The translations under genes and the position numbers were made by a program. Below are positions 1-9,327 of a stretch of 64,000 bases of DNA, piece by piece (the stretch's first letter is position 1; the number at the start of each line of letters is the position of its first letter). The notes below the pieces were generated by a model, which worked only from the letters and a program-made list of their open reading frames with translations, was not told the origin of the DNA and made no database searches. The stretch comes from Planctomycetota bacterium (GTDB lineage: Bacteria; Planctomycetota; UBA8108; SXIK01). Location: the NCBI GenBank assembly GCA_965223265.1, contig OZ244999.1, forward strand, positions 672,001 through 736,000, in the 5' to 3' direction.

Positions 1-742
1 AGGCGCGGTCGTCGTCGGTCGCGAATCGTCGCACGAACGCCAACACTCCCGCGTCGCTATCGCCGAAGTCCTCCTCGAACCAGTCGAAGATTTTTGAGAC
101 GTACATCGTTTTGCGTTCGCGGTCGAGGTGATTCTTTCTCTGCCGGCTCTTCGTCAGCCCGGCGCGAATCCAGCGGCGACATTCCTCGTCGAGCTGCGCG
201 TCGAGTTGTGCGCCGGTGTAGGCTTCAGGTCGCAGTCTTGGGCAACTCGACGCGCCGCAGACGAGTGCCGCGTGAATGCGGTTGTCGTCGAACTTCTTGC
301 GCAAGATCTCGTGCTCAATTTCATTGAGGGTGCGGATCTTTCCCGCGATTTTGTAGTTCTTCTCTTTGAAGATGTTTTTACCGAAAAGCGCCGCGTTCGG
401 CACCACTTTCGGTAGGTCGGCATCGACGAGCGTCTGTGCGCAAACTGCGTTGTAAGCGTTGATCCAGAACGCTTTCTCTTCCGCCGCGCTGCCGAGGCTG
501 CGAACGTCGACCGCAGCGAGCGCGGCTAAGTACGTTTTCAGCTCACGGCTCCATTGTCCGCTGAGCGCCTTGTAGTCGACCCAGCCGTCATCGGTCACCG
601 TCTCCTTGAGGATTTTGTCCCAGCGGCTGTGATCGAACTCTTCACCTTGGACGCTGCTGATCAGCGTCGCACCGACAAGTACGACACATAGCGACTGAGT
701 CAGCCAATTCAAACGACGACGGTCCAGCGATCGATTCTGCAT
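1..742 (-). CDS. DUF547 domain-containing secreted protein (3' end runs off the window)
   Basis: Not in the ORF track because no stop lies in the window. My translation from ATG at 742: signal peptide, then FDHSRWDKIL, GWVDYKAL, KAFWINAYNA, TLNEIEHEILR, RIHAALVCGASSCPRL, VSKIFDWFEEDF, all typical DUF547 motifs. Confidence 0.88.
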   Translation of the reverse strand, partial: MQNRSLDRRRLNWLTQSLCVVLVGATLISSVQGEEFDHSRWDKILKETVTDDGWVDYKALSGQWSRELKTYLAALAAVDVRSLGSAAEEKAFWINAYNAVCAQTLVDADLPKVVPNAALFGKNIFKEKNYKIAGKIRTLNEIEHEILRKKFDDNRIHAALVCGASSCPRLRPEAYTGAQLDAQLDEECRRWIRAGLTKSRQRKNHLDRERKTMYVSKIFDWFEEDFGDSDAGVLAFVRRFATDDDRA

Positions 743-986
743 GGTGAGAGCTCCTCTACGTGCGGACACTTCAACACGGAGTTCGGTCCGACATTCGTCG
801 CAGCGTTAGTTGAGGACGCCACGCAAATACGGGTGCGCCTTTGCTTCCGCCTCGATCCTCTTCAATAACGGCTGAGAAGGGTTCTTTGCTCCGTGTTTTT
901 TTGCACGGGGCTGCAGGCACAAGAGTGCCGTCGGCGTAGGCATTTACGACGCGGGGTTGGAGATCGCCGACCCACGATTGAGGCCA

Positions 987-2498
987 TCAGGCGATGAGGT
1001 CTGCGATGGGCTCGGCGTGATAGATATGGTGCGGCCGATCCGTCGCGTCGTACCAAGCAGCACTGGGTGGAATGCCGAGCGCCTGGTAGATCGTCGCCGC
1101 CATGTTCTCGACTTTTTGCGGGTCGGAATCCGGATAGGCGCCGGCTGCATCGGAGGAGCCGATGACGGTACCGCCACGCACGCCACCGCCGGCGAAGAAA
1201 ACGGTTTGGACTGGGCCCCAGTGATCGCGTCCCGCAAGAGGAGCGCCGGGGATCTTGAAAATGCGCGGCGTGCGTCCGAATTCACCGGCCATGACGACCA
1301 GCGTTTCATCCAGAAGGCCCGTCGCAGCGAGGTCGTCCAGGAACGCAGAGAGCGATTGGTCCAGCGGTGGAAGCAAGTGATCCTTAAGATTTCGAAACGC
1401 GGCTTGGTGCGTGTCCCACGTCTCGTTGTTGCCCAGGTTAACCTGAACGAGTCGCGCGCCAACTTCTAGAAGCTGCCGCGTCATGAGAAGTGACCGCCCG
1501 AACTGATGACGTCCATAGCGATCGAGAGTTACAGGGTCGACATTCGAAACGTCGAACGCTCGCTGCACACGCGCGTCAGCCAAGAGCGACGCGGCCTGTT
1601 CGCGGTGACGGCTCAATTTCCTCGCGTCGCTGAATTTGTCGAGATCCCGCTGCTGATCTTCGATCACCTTGAGGAACCCGAGGCGCCGACCTAACCGGCG
1701 AGTGGTCAATCCTTCGGGCAAGCGAAGGCTTGGCGCTTCGAACGCGGGCTCGATCGCGTGGTCGAAAGCGCCGCTGGCATGATGAAAGCAGTCCGGGCAG
1801 GCGCCATAGGAGCCCTTGCAGTCGACGGCTGCTTTCACGAGCCAAGGGTCCCACTGCGATCCCATGATGCCGGCGTACTGCCCAGGGATCACCCGGCCGC
1901 TGCGATGCACCAGTGCGTGGGGGAGCACGATTGACTGCGGCAGAGGGGATTTCGGACTCGAACCCCCAGGCGCCGGGGCGGCGTCCTTCACTCCAAAGAT
2001 TTTGTCTGGGTTTTCGAACGCATAACCCGCGACCGCACCAATCGCCGGCCAGTCCGTTGGCTTTGGCCGGTTGAAGTCGAACCCTTCCGGCAGCTGCGTC
2101 CGCCCCGACAGCATCACCATATGCCCTTGCGAGTGCTCGTTGAACGGATGGGTGAGTGAGCGAACGAGCGCCCAGCGCTCACTCTGCGTCGCCAGTCGCG
2201 GCAAGTGCTCGCAGATTTGGATGCCGGGAGTGCGCGTTGGAATCGGCTTGAACTCGCCGCGGATCGCTGCGGGACCGTCGGGCTTCATGTCGAAGCTCTC
2301 GTGCTGCGCGAGACCACCGGACAGGAAGATGTAGACGACAGATTTGGCTTTGATCGCCGAGGAGTTCGGCTGCGCCGCCTGGAGTCGAGCTAAATCGCCC
2401 ATGCCGAGCCCGACAAGCCCGACGGCTCCGACTTGAATCGCTGCTCGACGACTCACAGTGGAGTCGCGACCACGGAGATCCCTGCCTTGATTGGACAT
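987..2498 (-). CDS. DUF1501 domain-containing protein (planctomycete type, Tat-like signal)
   Basis: SRRAAIQVG Tat-like N-terminus; IFLSGGLAQHESFDMKP, IRGEFKPI, WDTH, GEFGRTP, GRDHW motifs. Confidence 0.92.
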   Translation of the reverse strand: MSNQGRDLRGRDSTVSRRAAIQVGAVGLVGLGMGDLARLQAAQPNSSAIKAKSVVYIFLSGGLAQHESFDMKPDGPAAIRGEFKPIPTRTPGIQICEHLPRLATQSERWALVRSLTHPFNEHSQGHMVMLSGRTQLPEGFDFNRPKPTDWPAIGAVAGYAFENPDKIFGVKDAAPAPGGSSPKSPLPQSIVLPHALVHRSGRVIPGQYAGIMGSQWDPWLVKAAVDCKGSYGACPDCFHHASGAFDHAIEPAFEAPSLRLPEGLTTRRLGRRLGFLKVIEDQQRDLDKFSDARKLSRHREQAASLLADARVQRAFDVSNVDPVTLDRYGRHQFGRSLLMTRQLLEVGARLVQVNLGNNETWDTHQAAFRNLKDHLLPPLDQSLSAFLDDLAATGLLDETLVVMAGEFGRTPRIFKIPGAPLAGRDHWGPVQTVFFAGGGVRGGTVIGSSDAAGAYPDSDPQKVENMAATIYQALGIPPSAAWYDATDRPHHIYHAEPIADLIA

Positions 2499-2715
2499 GA
2501 GCTCGTTGCCTCCGCTCGCTCAACCGTGACTGACGATGACTACTCACTTCAACGTACCGGATCGCGGCGGGTGGGGGAAGCGTCTATTGGCGCGGGGATG
2601 GATTCTGAGACGGGCGGATTCAGAGGGCGGAGACGGAGAGACAGATTCCACTCCCGCAAGTCGGACGGCACACGAGGCTGTGAAGTTCTCAAAACGTGCT
2701 GTCGAAACTCGTGGT

Positions 2716-2771
2716 CCACGGCCACGGCCACTGCCACGGTCCACGGTCACGCTCCACGCTCCACGCTCCAC
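2716..2771. repeat. Degenerate 6/7-bp tandem array (CCACGG / TCCACGC)
   Basis: ccacgg ccacgg ccactg ccacgg tccacgg tcacgc tccacgc tccacgc tccac, read directly; a related (ACGCCC)n run lies at 2818-2850. Confidence 0.85.
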
Positions 2772-2786
2772 AATCACCTCCGGAAC

Positions 2787-2809
2787 GGCACACGGCGTGT
2801 GCCTGCTAC
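2787..2809 (-). repeat. GTAG-type REP-like palindrome
   Basis: Minus strand reads GTAG-CA-GGCACAC-GCC-GTGTGCC: GTAG tetranucleotide followed by a 7-bp perfect stem. A truncated half copy (ACGGCACACG) lies at 2665-2674. Confidence 0.7.
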
Positions 2810-2855
2810 TTTGGGAAACGCCACGCCCACGCATTCGCCCACGCCCACGCAAACC

Positions 2856-2883
2856 GGTTCGGCAGCGGCGACCGAACTCCTAC
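2856..2883 (-). repeat. Second GTAG-type REP-like palindrome
   Basis: Minus strand reads GTAG-GA-GTTCGG-TCGCCGCTG-CCGAAC. Confidence 0.5.
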
Positions 2884-2895
2884 GTATGGCGACCG

Positions 2896-5436
2896 CTAGC
2901 GACGGAAGAGGAACTCGCGTGAGTTGAGGAGCGCCCAGAGAATGTCTTCGAGCGCGGCTCTGGGGCTTTCAGCTGCGCCTTCGAGCAGCGCCGTGGCGGC
3001 CGCGCGCTCAGGCCCGCTGGGCGATCTGGCGAGGGCGGCTAAATAGAGCTCGTCCACGATGGAGCTCGACTGCTCACCCGCTGACAGGAGTCGATCGAGG
3101 CGGGCTCCGCGGCGCCGGAGCTTCTCGTTGAACGCTGATCCGCCGAGAAGCTCCAGTGACTGCGCGAAGTTGGAGGTGCTCGGACGTTCACACTCGCATG
3201 CCAGCTGGCGCTGCGGCTTCCCGAACTTTTTCAGGAACTCGCCCGCCGCGTCGTCGTCTGGGAGTTGAACCGCTCGTGCGCCGAGCGGAATGCCCGCGTA
3301 TGACTCCTGCAAATCGAGCACGCTATCGACGGCGTCTGCTAGTTGCTCTGCGCTCAAGCGTCGCGGCAAAGCGTACGCAAAGTAACGGTCGTAGCGTTCG
3401 GGCTCATTCGTCGACGCTCTCAGTTGATAGGTGCTGGAATTCAGAATCGTGCGCACGAGGTGGCGAAGGTCAAAGTCGTGCTCGCGTAGATCTGTAGCCA
3501 GGGCGTCGAGAAGCGGCTTGTTGGAGGGTGGGTTAGAGTCACGGAAGTCGTCGACGGGATCGACAATCCCCTGACCAAGAATGTGGTACCAGATGCGATT
3601 GGCGAGTGCCGCAGCGAAGTAAGGGTTATCCGCCGACGTGAGCCACTGAGCGAACAACTCACGGCGATCGGGATGGTCGACGGCGCCATCAACCGTTCGT
3701 GGCCCGCTGTTCGTTAGATACACCGGGAGTGCAGGCCGTCCGCTCCTGGGATTATCGAGGAGCGGGGCGCTCGGGTCGTTCCAGACCACCTGACGGTCGA
3801 CGCTGAGACGTGCGTTGTTGCGACCACGCCGCGGACCGCTGCCCTTGATGCGGACTCCGGAGAAAAAGGATGCGAGCCCATAGTAATCGTTTTGCGTCCA
3901 CCGCTCGAACGGATGGTTGTGGCAACGGGCACAGCCGATGCGGATGCCGAGAAAGAGTTGTGAAACTGTCTCAGCGCGCTCCTCTGGACTGGTCGTGACA
4001 CGGTAGAAGTTCGCCTCCGGATGGACGTTGACGTCGCCGGTGGCGAGCACGAGCCGCTGTGCCATAACGTCGATCGGCAATTTCGCAGCCATCGCGTGGC
4101 GCACCCAACGCTGCAGTTTGAACACTGCCGCAGGCCCAATCGTCTTGCGGTTTGACCGCAGCACGTCAAGCCATTTGAGCGCCCAAAAATCGTTGAACTC
4201 CGGGCGCGCGAGCAGCTCTTCGATCAAGCGCGCACGTTTCTTCGGATCGTCACTGGCGACGAATGCTCGAACGCGGTCCGGGGACGGCAGAAGGGCGATG
4301 GTATCTAAGTAAACGCGGCGGATGAACTCACCGTCGTCTGTCAACCTTGCAGCAGAGATGCCGAGGCGGCGCAGTTTGGCGAAAACATGGCGGTCGACAT
4401 AGTTGCGTTCAGGTGGAAAGACGAGGTCTTCGGGAGTCGATTTAGGCAAGAACGCGATCTCGGAAGTGGCAAGCTGGTCCAAGTACCGCGCGAGCACCAC
4501 CACTTCGCCTTTGCCGCGGCGCGACAGGAGGCCTTGTGCGTCGAGTCCTGCTACTTGTGTGTCGTCGATGGTGAGAACTGCTAGGCGCGTCACATCGCGG
4601 CGAGTACCATCTGCAAAGTGCGCCGTGACGACGAGCTGTTGGCGTGAGTCTGCTCCCCGCAGTGAACGCTGTTTGGGGAACACGTCGATGCCGACCAAGG
4701 GGGCGTCCTGTCGGTCCGTCAGGCCTTCGCGAATCCAGTCACGAATGATCGTGTGTTCTGATCCACCGCGGCGAAAGAGTTTTCCTCCTTGGTGCGGTAC
4801 TTCGCCGAGCGGTTTGCGCAAGACCAGACTGACGTCAGGATCGAGAAACGTGGTCCGCCGCGCTAGGAACTCGCGCGTCAACGAGTCGTAGTCGAGAACA
4901 GGATCGTGTCCGCGTAGGGAGAGACGAAAGCCGTTCTTTCCGCTGGGGGAACCGTGACAGGCGCCGGAGCTACAACCATGCCGCGCAAACACGGCCACCA
5001 CTTCGCGGCGAAAGCTGACCGGGTCAGGCGCCTGCGTTCCCTTCACCCGCAGCGGCGCAGAGATCGATTGGCCTTCGTGCTCGACGGTTATGATTGTCAC
5101 GCCATCGCTCCGCGCAGCGATCCTGCCACCCTCGACGACCGAAGCGACGTTTGCATCGCCAACACGGATGACACTCTCTCGCGTGACGTCGATCCATTCC
5201 GAATCGAGCTCAGGCTCGTCAGCGTTTGAGACTTCGACGACGATTTGCTGGACTGCGCGAGCGCCGTGCAGTTGAACCACTTCGGGATAGATCCGCAGAT
5301 CCGCTGCCAGCAGCGACACGGGCGCAAGGAGCGCGCACAGTAAGAGGCCATTCAGACGGCGTGAACAGATGCGGTCTCGTCGCCGAAGTTTGACGTAGAA
5401 CGATCGTTGGTGCTTCACGGGGTCCACGGAGCTCAT
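2896..5436 (-). CDS. DUF1549/DUF1553 (PSCyt2/PSD1) protein with Ig-like repeats
   Basis: GCSSGACHG, NYVDRHVFAKL, EFIRRVYLD, FLGIRIGCARCHNHPFERW, NRIW...GIVDPVDD, CECER, EDILWALLNSREF. Start codon uncertain (5436 or 5475). Confidence 0.9.
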   Translation of the reverse strand: MSSVDPVKHQRSFYVKLRRRDRICSRRLNGLLLCALLAPVSLLAADLRIYPEVVQLHGARAVQQIVVEVSNADEPELDSEWIDVTRESVIRVGDANVASVVEGGRIAARSDGVTIITVEHEGQSISAPLRVKGTQAPDPVSFRREVVAVFARHGCSSGACHGSPSGKNGFRLSLRGHDPVLDYDSLTREFLARRTTFLDPDVSLVLRKPLGEVPHQGGKLFRRGGSEHTIIRDWIREGLTDRQDAPLVGIDVFPKQRSLRGADSRQQLVVTAHFADGTRRDVTRLAVLTIDDTQVAGLDAQGLLSRRGKGEVVVLARYLDQLATSEIAFLPKSTPEDLVFPPERNYVDRHVFAKLRRLGISAARLTDDGEFIRRVYLDTIALLPSPDRVRAFVASDDPKKRARLIEELLARPEFNDFWALKWLDVLRSNRKTIGPAAVFKLQRWVRHAMAAKLPIDVMAQRLVLATGDVNVHPEANFYRVTTSPEERAETVSQLFLGIRIGCARCHNHPFERWTQNDYYGLASFFSGVRIKGSGPRRGRNNARLSVDRQVVWNDPSAPLLDNPRSGRPALPVYLTNSGPRTVDGAVDHPDRRELFAQWLTSADNPYFAAALANRIWYHILGQGIVDPVDDFRDSNPPSNKPLLDALATDLREHDFDLRHLVRTILNSSTYQLRASTNEPERYDRYFAYALPRRLSAEQLADAVDSVLDLQESYAGIPLGARAVQLPDDDAAGEFLKKFGKPQRQLACECERPSTSNFAQSLELLGGSAFNEKLRRRGARLDRLLSAGEQSSSIVDELYLAALARSPSGPERAAATALLEGAAESPRAALEDILWALLNSREFLFRR

Positions 5437-5556
5437 TGTCTTGCTGATTGGGGTTCGAAGCAAGTGCGCTGTCACGGCCCCGGCGGGCCGTCGCCCGCCC
5501 GCGCCCCCTTGTGCGGTGCCATTGTCACGCCATCGTCGGCACGATTTGCAAGTCGA

Positions 5557-7347
5557 TCACGGCGCGGGGGTCGATGGTTTTAGTGTCTCGACGCGAGATG
5601 CGCCGCCTTCTTCGACTTCCAACAGCCTTTGCGGCTCAACGCCTGATACCGTCACCTTTCGCCCACTTGGAAATGTGACCTCGACATCGACGCTCGTCGG
5701 TGCCGCGCCGAGCCCGAAGTGGAGTCGCGGGTCGTGCGAACCGAAGTACCCTTCGCCACGTTTGACCTCGCGCACTTGGACTAGAGTCTCTGACCCTCGG
5801 TGGATCGTCACGCGGACCTTAGCTCCGACGGCGTCTCGGTTGCGACCCGTGCCGATCGGCAGAACCTTCAGCCACTCGCCCATGGGCGCTGTGCGGTTTT
5901 GAAGAACGATCGGCTGGGCGTCCAAGGGGATCAGGACGATGTCGAGGCCGCCGTCGTTGTCGATGTCGAGCTGCAAAACTCCGCGCCCGCAGTGGCGCTG
6001 CGACAAACCGGCGCTGCTCGCGATTTCGTTGAACCGTCCGCTGCCGTCGTTGACGAACAGGAAGTCGCGCTGTTCGTAGCCCGAGAACCGTTCGTCTTGG
6101 GAGACCTGCGGAAAGACATGACCGTTGACGCTGTAGAGGTCCGTGTCGCCGTCGTTGTCGATGTCGCATGCCGCCGCGCCCCAGCCCATGAAGCGATGAG
6201 ATACGGCTGCGAGGCGCGCGAAGCGTGTGCGGTCCTCAGCGATTCCGTCCGCCGCATTGATGTAGAGCGTATTGGTGTCGAGATCGAAATTCGTCACGTA
6301 GATGTCAGGGCGCAAGTCGCCGTTGAGGTCTTCGGTGACGACGCCCATTCCGGCCTGCGCGAGACCCCTACGGTTGTACGCAACACCGGCGAGCAGCGCC
6401 TCGTCATGGAACACTCCTTTGCCATCGTTTAAGAAAAGCGCGTTGGCGTTGGAGTCGTTGGCGACGTATAGATCTACGTCTCCATCGAGGTCGTAGTCGA
6501 AAAACACCGGCTGCAGCCCGTAGCGGCGATCGACATCGTGGAGCCCGACCTCGCGGCTCGCGTCATGGAATGTGCCGTCGTCGTCCTGGCGGTAGAACCA
6601 GTCGCGCTCGCCGGCGAGACCGGCTGGTCCGCAGAACACCGGCAAGCCGCTCCAGGTACATGAGCGCCCGGATGCGCTCAACTCGTCGAAGAGACCCGCC
6701 GCGACGTATCCGGCGACGAAAAGGTCGAGGTCGCCGTCGCGGTCGACGTCGGCGAAGGCCGCGCCCGTCGACCACGACTGCACCGCCGACGTCTTGTCGG
6801 CCAGGCCTGCGCGCACCGTAACGTCGGTGAATGTGCCGTCGCCGTTGTTCTTCAGCAAGGAGTTGCTGCCGATGTTGGTGACGAAGAGATCGGCGTCGCC
6901 GTCGCCGTTGTAGTCGACCGCAACGGCTGCCTGTCCCCAACCAAGGTCGCCGGCGCCGCTTTCTGCCGTGACGTCTGCGAACGTGCCGTCGCCGCGGTTC
7001 CTATAGAGCCGATTCGCTGCCTCGTCGTCGGCGTCGCTCGGGGAAGCCGCCGTCGGCGTCGCGCTCGCCTTCAGTGTGCGACGTCCTCGCGCGAAATAGA
7101 GATCCATCCAACCATCGCCGTCGAAATCGAGCACCGCTCCACCGCACCCCGTCGAACCAAAGATTGTCCGCTTCTCAGTCGTGCCGCACATCGTCGCATG
7201 CGTGATTCCAGCGCTCGCTGAGATATCAACGAACAGAGGCTCCGGGCCGGGCTCCCTGTCTGCGGTTCGATCGCACGCCACGAAGACGATTAGCGAGCCG
7301 GCGGCCACGAGCACGAGCATGCCGGTTTGTCGGGTCAAACGTGTCAT
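5557..7347 (-). CDS. CRTAC1-family protein (FG-GAP/VCBS repeats + ASPIC/UnbV), probable lipoprotein
   Basis: Repeated DxDxDGxxDL motifs; C-terminal NRDAVGAKV...GYFG...LHFGLG; lipobox-like VFVAC. Confidence 0.92.
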   Translation of the reverse strand: MTRLTRQTGMLVLVAAGSLIVFVACDRTADREPGPEPLFVDISASAGITHATMCGTTEKRTIFGSTGCGGAVLDFDGDGWMDLYFARGRRTLKASATPTAASPSDADDEAANRLYRNRGDGTFADVTAESGAGDLGWGQAAVAVDYNGDGDADLFVTNIGSNSLLKNNGDGTFTDVTVRAGLADKTSAVQSWSTGAAFADVDRDGDLDLFVAGYVAAGLFDELSASGRSCTWSGLPVFCGPAGLAGERDWFYRQDDDGTFHDASREVGLHDVDRRYGLQPVFFDYDLDGDVDLYVANDSNANALFLNDGKGVFHDEALLAGVAYNRRGLAQAGMGVVTEDLNGDLRPDIYVTNFDLDTNTLYINAADGIAEDRTRFARLAAVSHRFMGWGAAACDIDNDGDTDLYSVNGHVFPQVSQDERFSGYEQRDFLFVNDGSGRFNEIASSAGLSQRHCGRGVLQLDIDNDGGLDIVLIPLDAQPIVLQNRTAPMGEWLKVLPIGTGRNRDAVGAKVRVTIHRGSETLVQVREVKRGEGYFGSHDPRLHFGLGAAPTSVDVEVTFPSGRKVTVSGVEPQRLLEVEEGGASRVETLKPSTPAP

Positions 7348-9167
7348 GGCGCGGCGGCATCCACCAGGCCGAGGCGGCGGTACGCACGCTGGATTTCTAC
7401 CGTTGCCGCTGTTTCGACAGGCGCAATCTCTTTAAGTCGGCGCCAAGCCCGCAAGCGAAAGAACACGTCCTCCGGATCAGTGAGCAAGGCCGTGTAGGCC
7501 TCATGCACCTCTCGTCGATTCGGCATCAACCCGCGGGCCATGTCCAGAAGACGGCGCGCCTTTTCCGACGAGCCCACGGCGGCGTGATTGTGTGCAAGTG
7601 CCAGGTAGAGCTCACCCGCCTCGTCGAGGCGGGTCGACGACAACCGCATCTCCAGCTCACGCCGAGCGGTCACGAGTCTCTCCAGTTCCGACGCTCTGGC
7701 TTGGGCACGCGCCGCTCCGGCTGCGTCGTTTGTCTGCTCAGCGACTGCAGCCAGAAGTCTCTGGGCCTCTGGTAGAGCCGGAAATCTCTCCGCGAACGAC
7801 CGCGCGCGGCGAAGAAGGCGTTCGATAGAGTCCTCGGACTGCTCGTCTGTGTCTGCGGCGCCTAGTCGGTCGCTGTCGCGTTCGGGAAAGTCGTCGCTCC
7901 GGAGCAGGGCGAGCGCTTGATCGACGCGCTCGCTGTGGAGAAGCAGGCGCAGCGTCAACAGAGCAACCCTGCTACGAGGGCCTTCGGCGCCCAAAGTGAG
8001 AAGTTCCACTGCGATGTCGCGCGCCGCGACGCGATCTCGCCACGCGTCGAGTACGTGCTCAGCGACGAAGAGGTCGAAGCGAAGGCGCTCGTCTGCGGCT
8101 AGAATCGACTGTCGTAGCGCGTTGATCCGTACGCGTGCTCCATCGATGTCGTCTTGCAACAGGGAGAGTATTGCGGCAGCCAGGTCGCGTCGTACGAGAG
8201 CGGCGCTCGGAAGAGGGCCGGCGCTGGGATCGCCAGCGAGCTCGAGTGCGCGTTCGAGTAGCGGCACGGCTTCGCGGGTGCGCCCGAGGCGGCGGTAGAG
8301 AGTGCCGAGACTGGCGCAAAGCAGTGCCGTCGGTGACTCCATGCTTTCGTATGCTTTGCTGAACCGCTGCACGGCGGCGAAGACGGCGCCTCGATCGGCG
8401 AGGGTCATCGCCACCTTGAGCTCGGCTGCGATCGGCTCCGACGTATGGCCGCGCGGCGTTCCCTGACGCCGACTCGTCGCAGATTCGATGTTGCTTGCCG
8501 CCCGCAGGAAAATCGCGACCTCGATCTCGCGACCGAGACGACGACGGTTCCGTGCGAGCTCTTCGTAGGCGTCGGCATGGTGTGGGTCGAACTCCAAGAT
8601 CCTGGCGAGAAGGAGCGCCGCTCTGCGGTGTGCGCCGCGGTGGGCGTGGGCACGTGCCGCAAGGAGGAGTGCGGGAGACTCCGGCGGTGAGACGTCAATC
8701 AGTGGTCGAAGTACTTCCAGAGTCTGCTCGAATTCGCCTTCTTCGTAGAGGCGACTGCCAACATCAATTCGAGTTCGACTGTCTGCGCTAGGCGGCAGCG
8801 TGATCGCTCCACGCGCGCCGCTCGCCCCGAGTGGATCCACGGCGGTGTTGTTGTCGCACGCGGAGACGAAGCAGAACGCTACGGCCGCTGGAGTGGCTGC
8901 CGCAAACAGAACTGCGAGAAGGCGCGGGTTCGTTTGCCGTTCGTGCCGTAGCTCGCATGGCCCGCACGGATGAATTCGCGTGGAGGTGCCATTCCCCTGT
9001 GCTAAAGTGAGGAGGTTAGGTCGAAGTCGACGCGCTGTGGTTACGAGCATCGTGATCATTATGCCCATAGAGACCATCATCCCCGCACTCAAAACGTTGT
9101 CGGGTGATTGTCCTTGAGTCGGGGTCGCGCGGCAGGGGTGCGCACTCTTTTTTTCTTTGGCGCGCAT
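7344..9167 (-). CDS. Tetratricopeptide repeat protein (start uncertain)
   Basis: TPR-like helices (LGTLYRRLGRTREAVPLLERALEL; ILEFDPHHADAYEELA); ATGA overlap with the CRTAC1 gene. Confidence 0.75.
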   Translation of the reverse strand: MRAKEKKSAHPCRATPTQGQSPDNVLSAGMMVSMGIMITMLVTTARRLRPNLLTLAQGNGTSTRIHPCGPCELRHERQTNPRLLAVLFAAATPAAVAFCFVSACDNNTAVDPLGASGARGAITLPPSADSRTRIDVGSRLYEEGEFEQTLEVLRPLIDVSPPESPALLLAARAHAHRGAHRRAALLLARILEFDPHHADAYEELARNRRRLGREIEVAIFLRAASNIESATSRRQGTPRGHTSEPIAAELKVAMTLADRGAVFAAVQRFSKAYESMESPTALLCASLGTLYRRLGRTREAVPLLERALELAGDPSAGPLPSAALVRRDLAAAILSLLQDDIDGARVRINALRQSILAADERLRFDLFVAEHVLDAWRDRVAARDIAVELLTLGAEGPRSRVALLTLRLLLHSERVDQALALLRSDDFPERDSDRLGAADTDEQSEDSIERLLRRARSFAERFPALPEAQRLLAAVAEQTNDAAGAARAQARASELERLVTARRELEMRLSSTRLDEAGELYLALAHNHAAVGSSEKARRLLDMARGLMPNRREVHEAYTALLTDPEDVFFRLRAWRRLKEIAPVETAATVEIQRAYRRLGLVDAAAP

Positions 9168-9327
9168 GCCGCCATACTGCGAGCCGGGAGTGAGTCAAAG
9201 TCAACCGCATGCAGCCGTAGAGTAGGGTCGACAAGTGCTGGGACATGACGGCTCGAGTCTGGCGACGTCGGACCGTTCTCAGCGGACCCGGTCGCTCAGC
9301 GGGCCATGCGCCGCGGAGTAGAGACGG

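Noticed and set aside
888-914. Hairpin GCTCCGTG-T7G-CACGGGGC downstream of the DUF1501 gene
   Set aside because: Could be a terminator or an IS-end remnant, but it lacks a U-tract on the coding strand and has no partner end.
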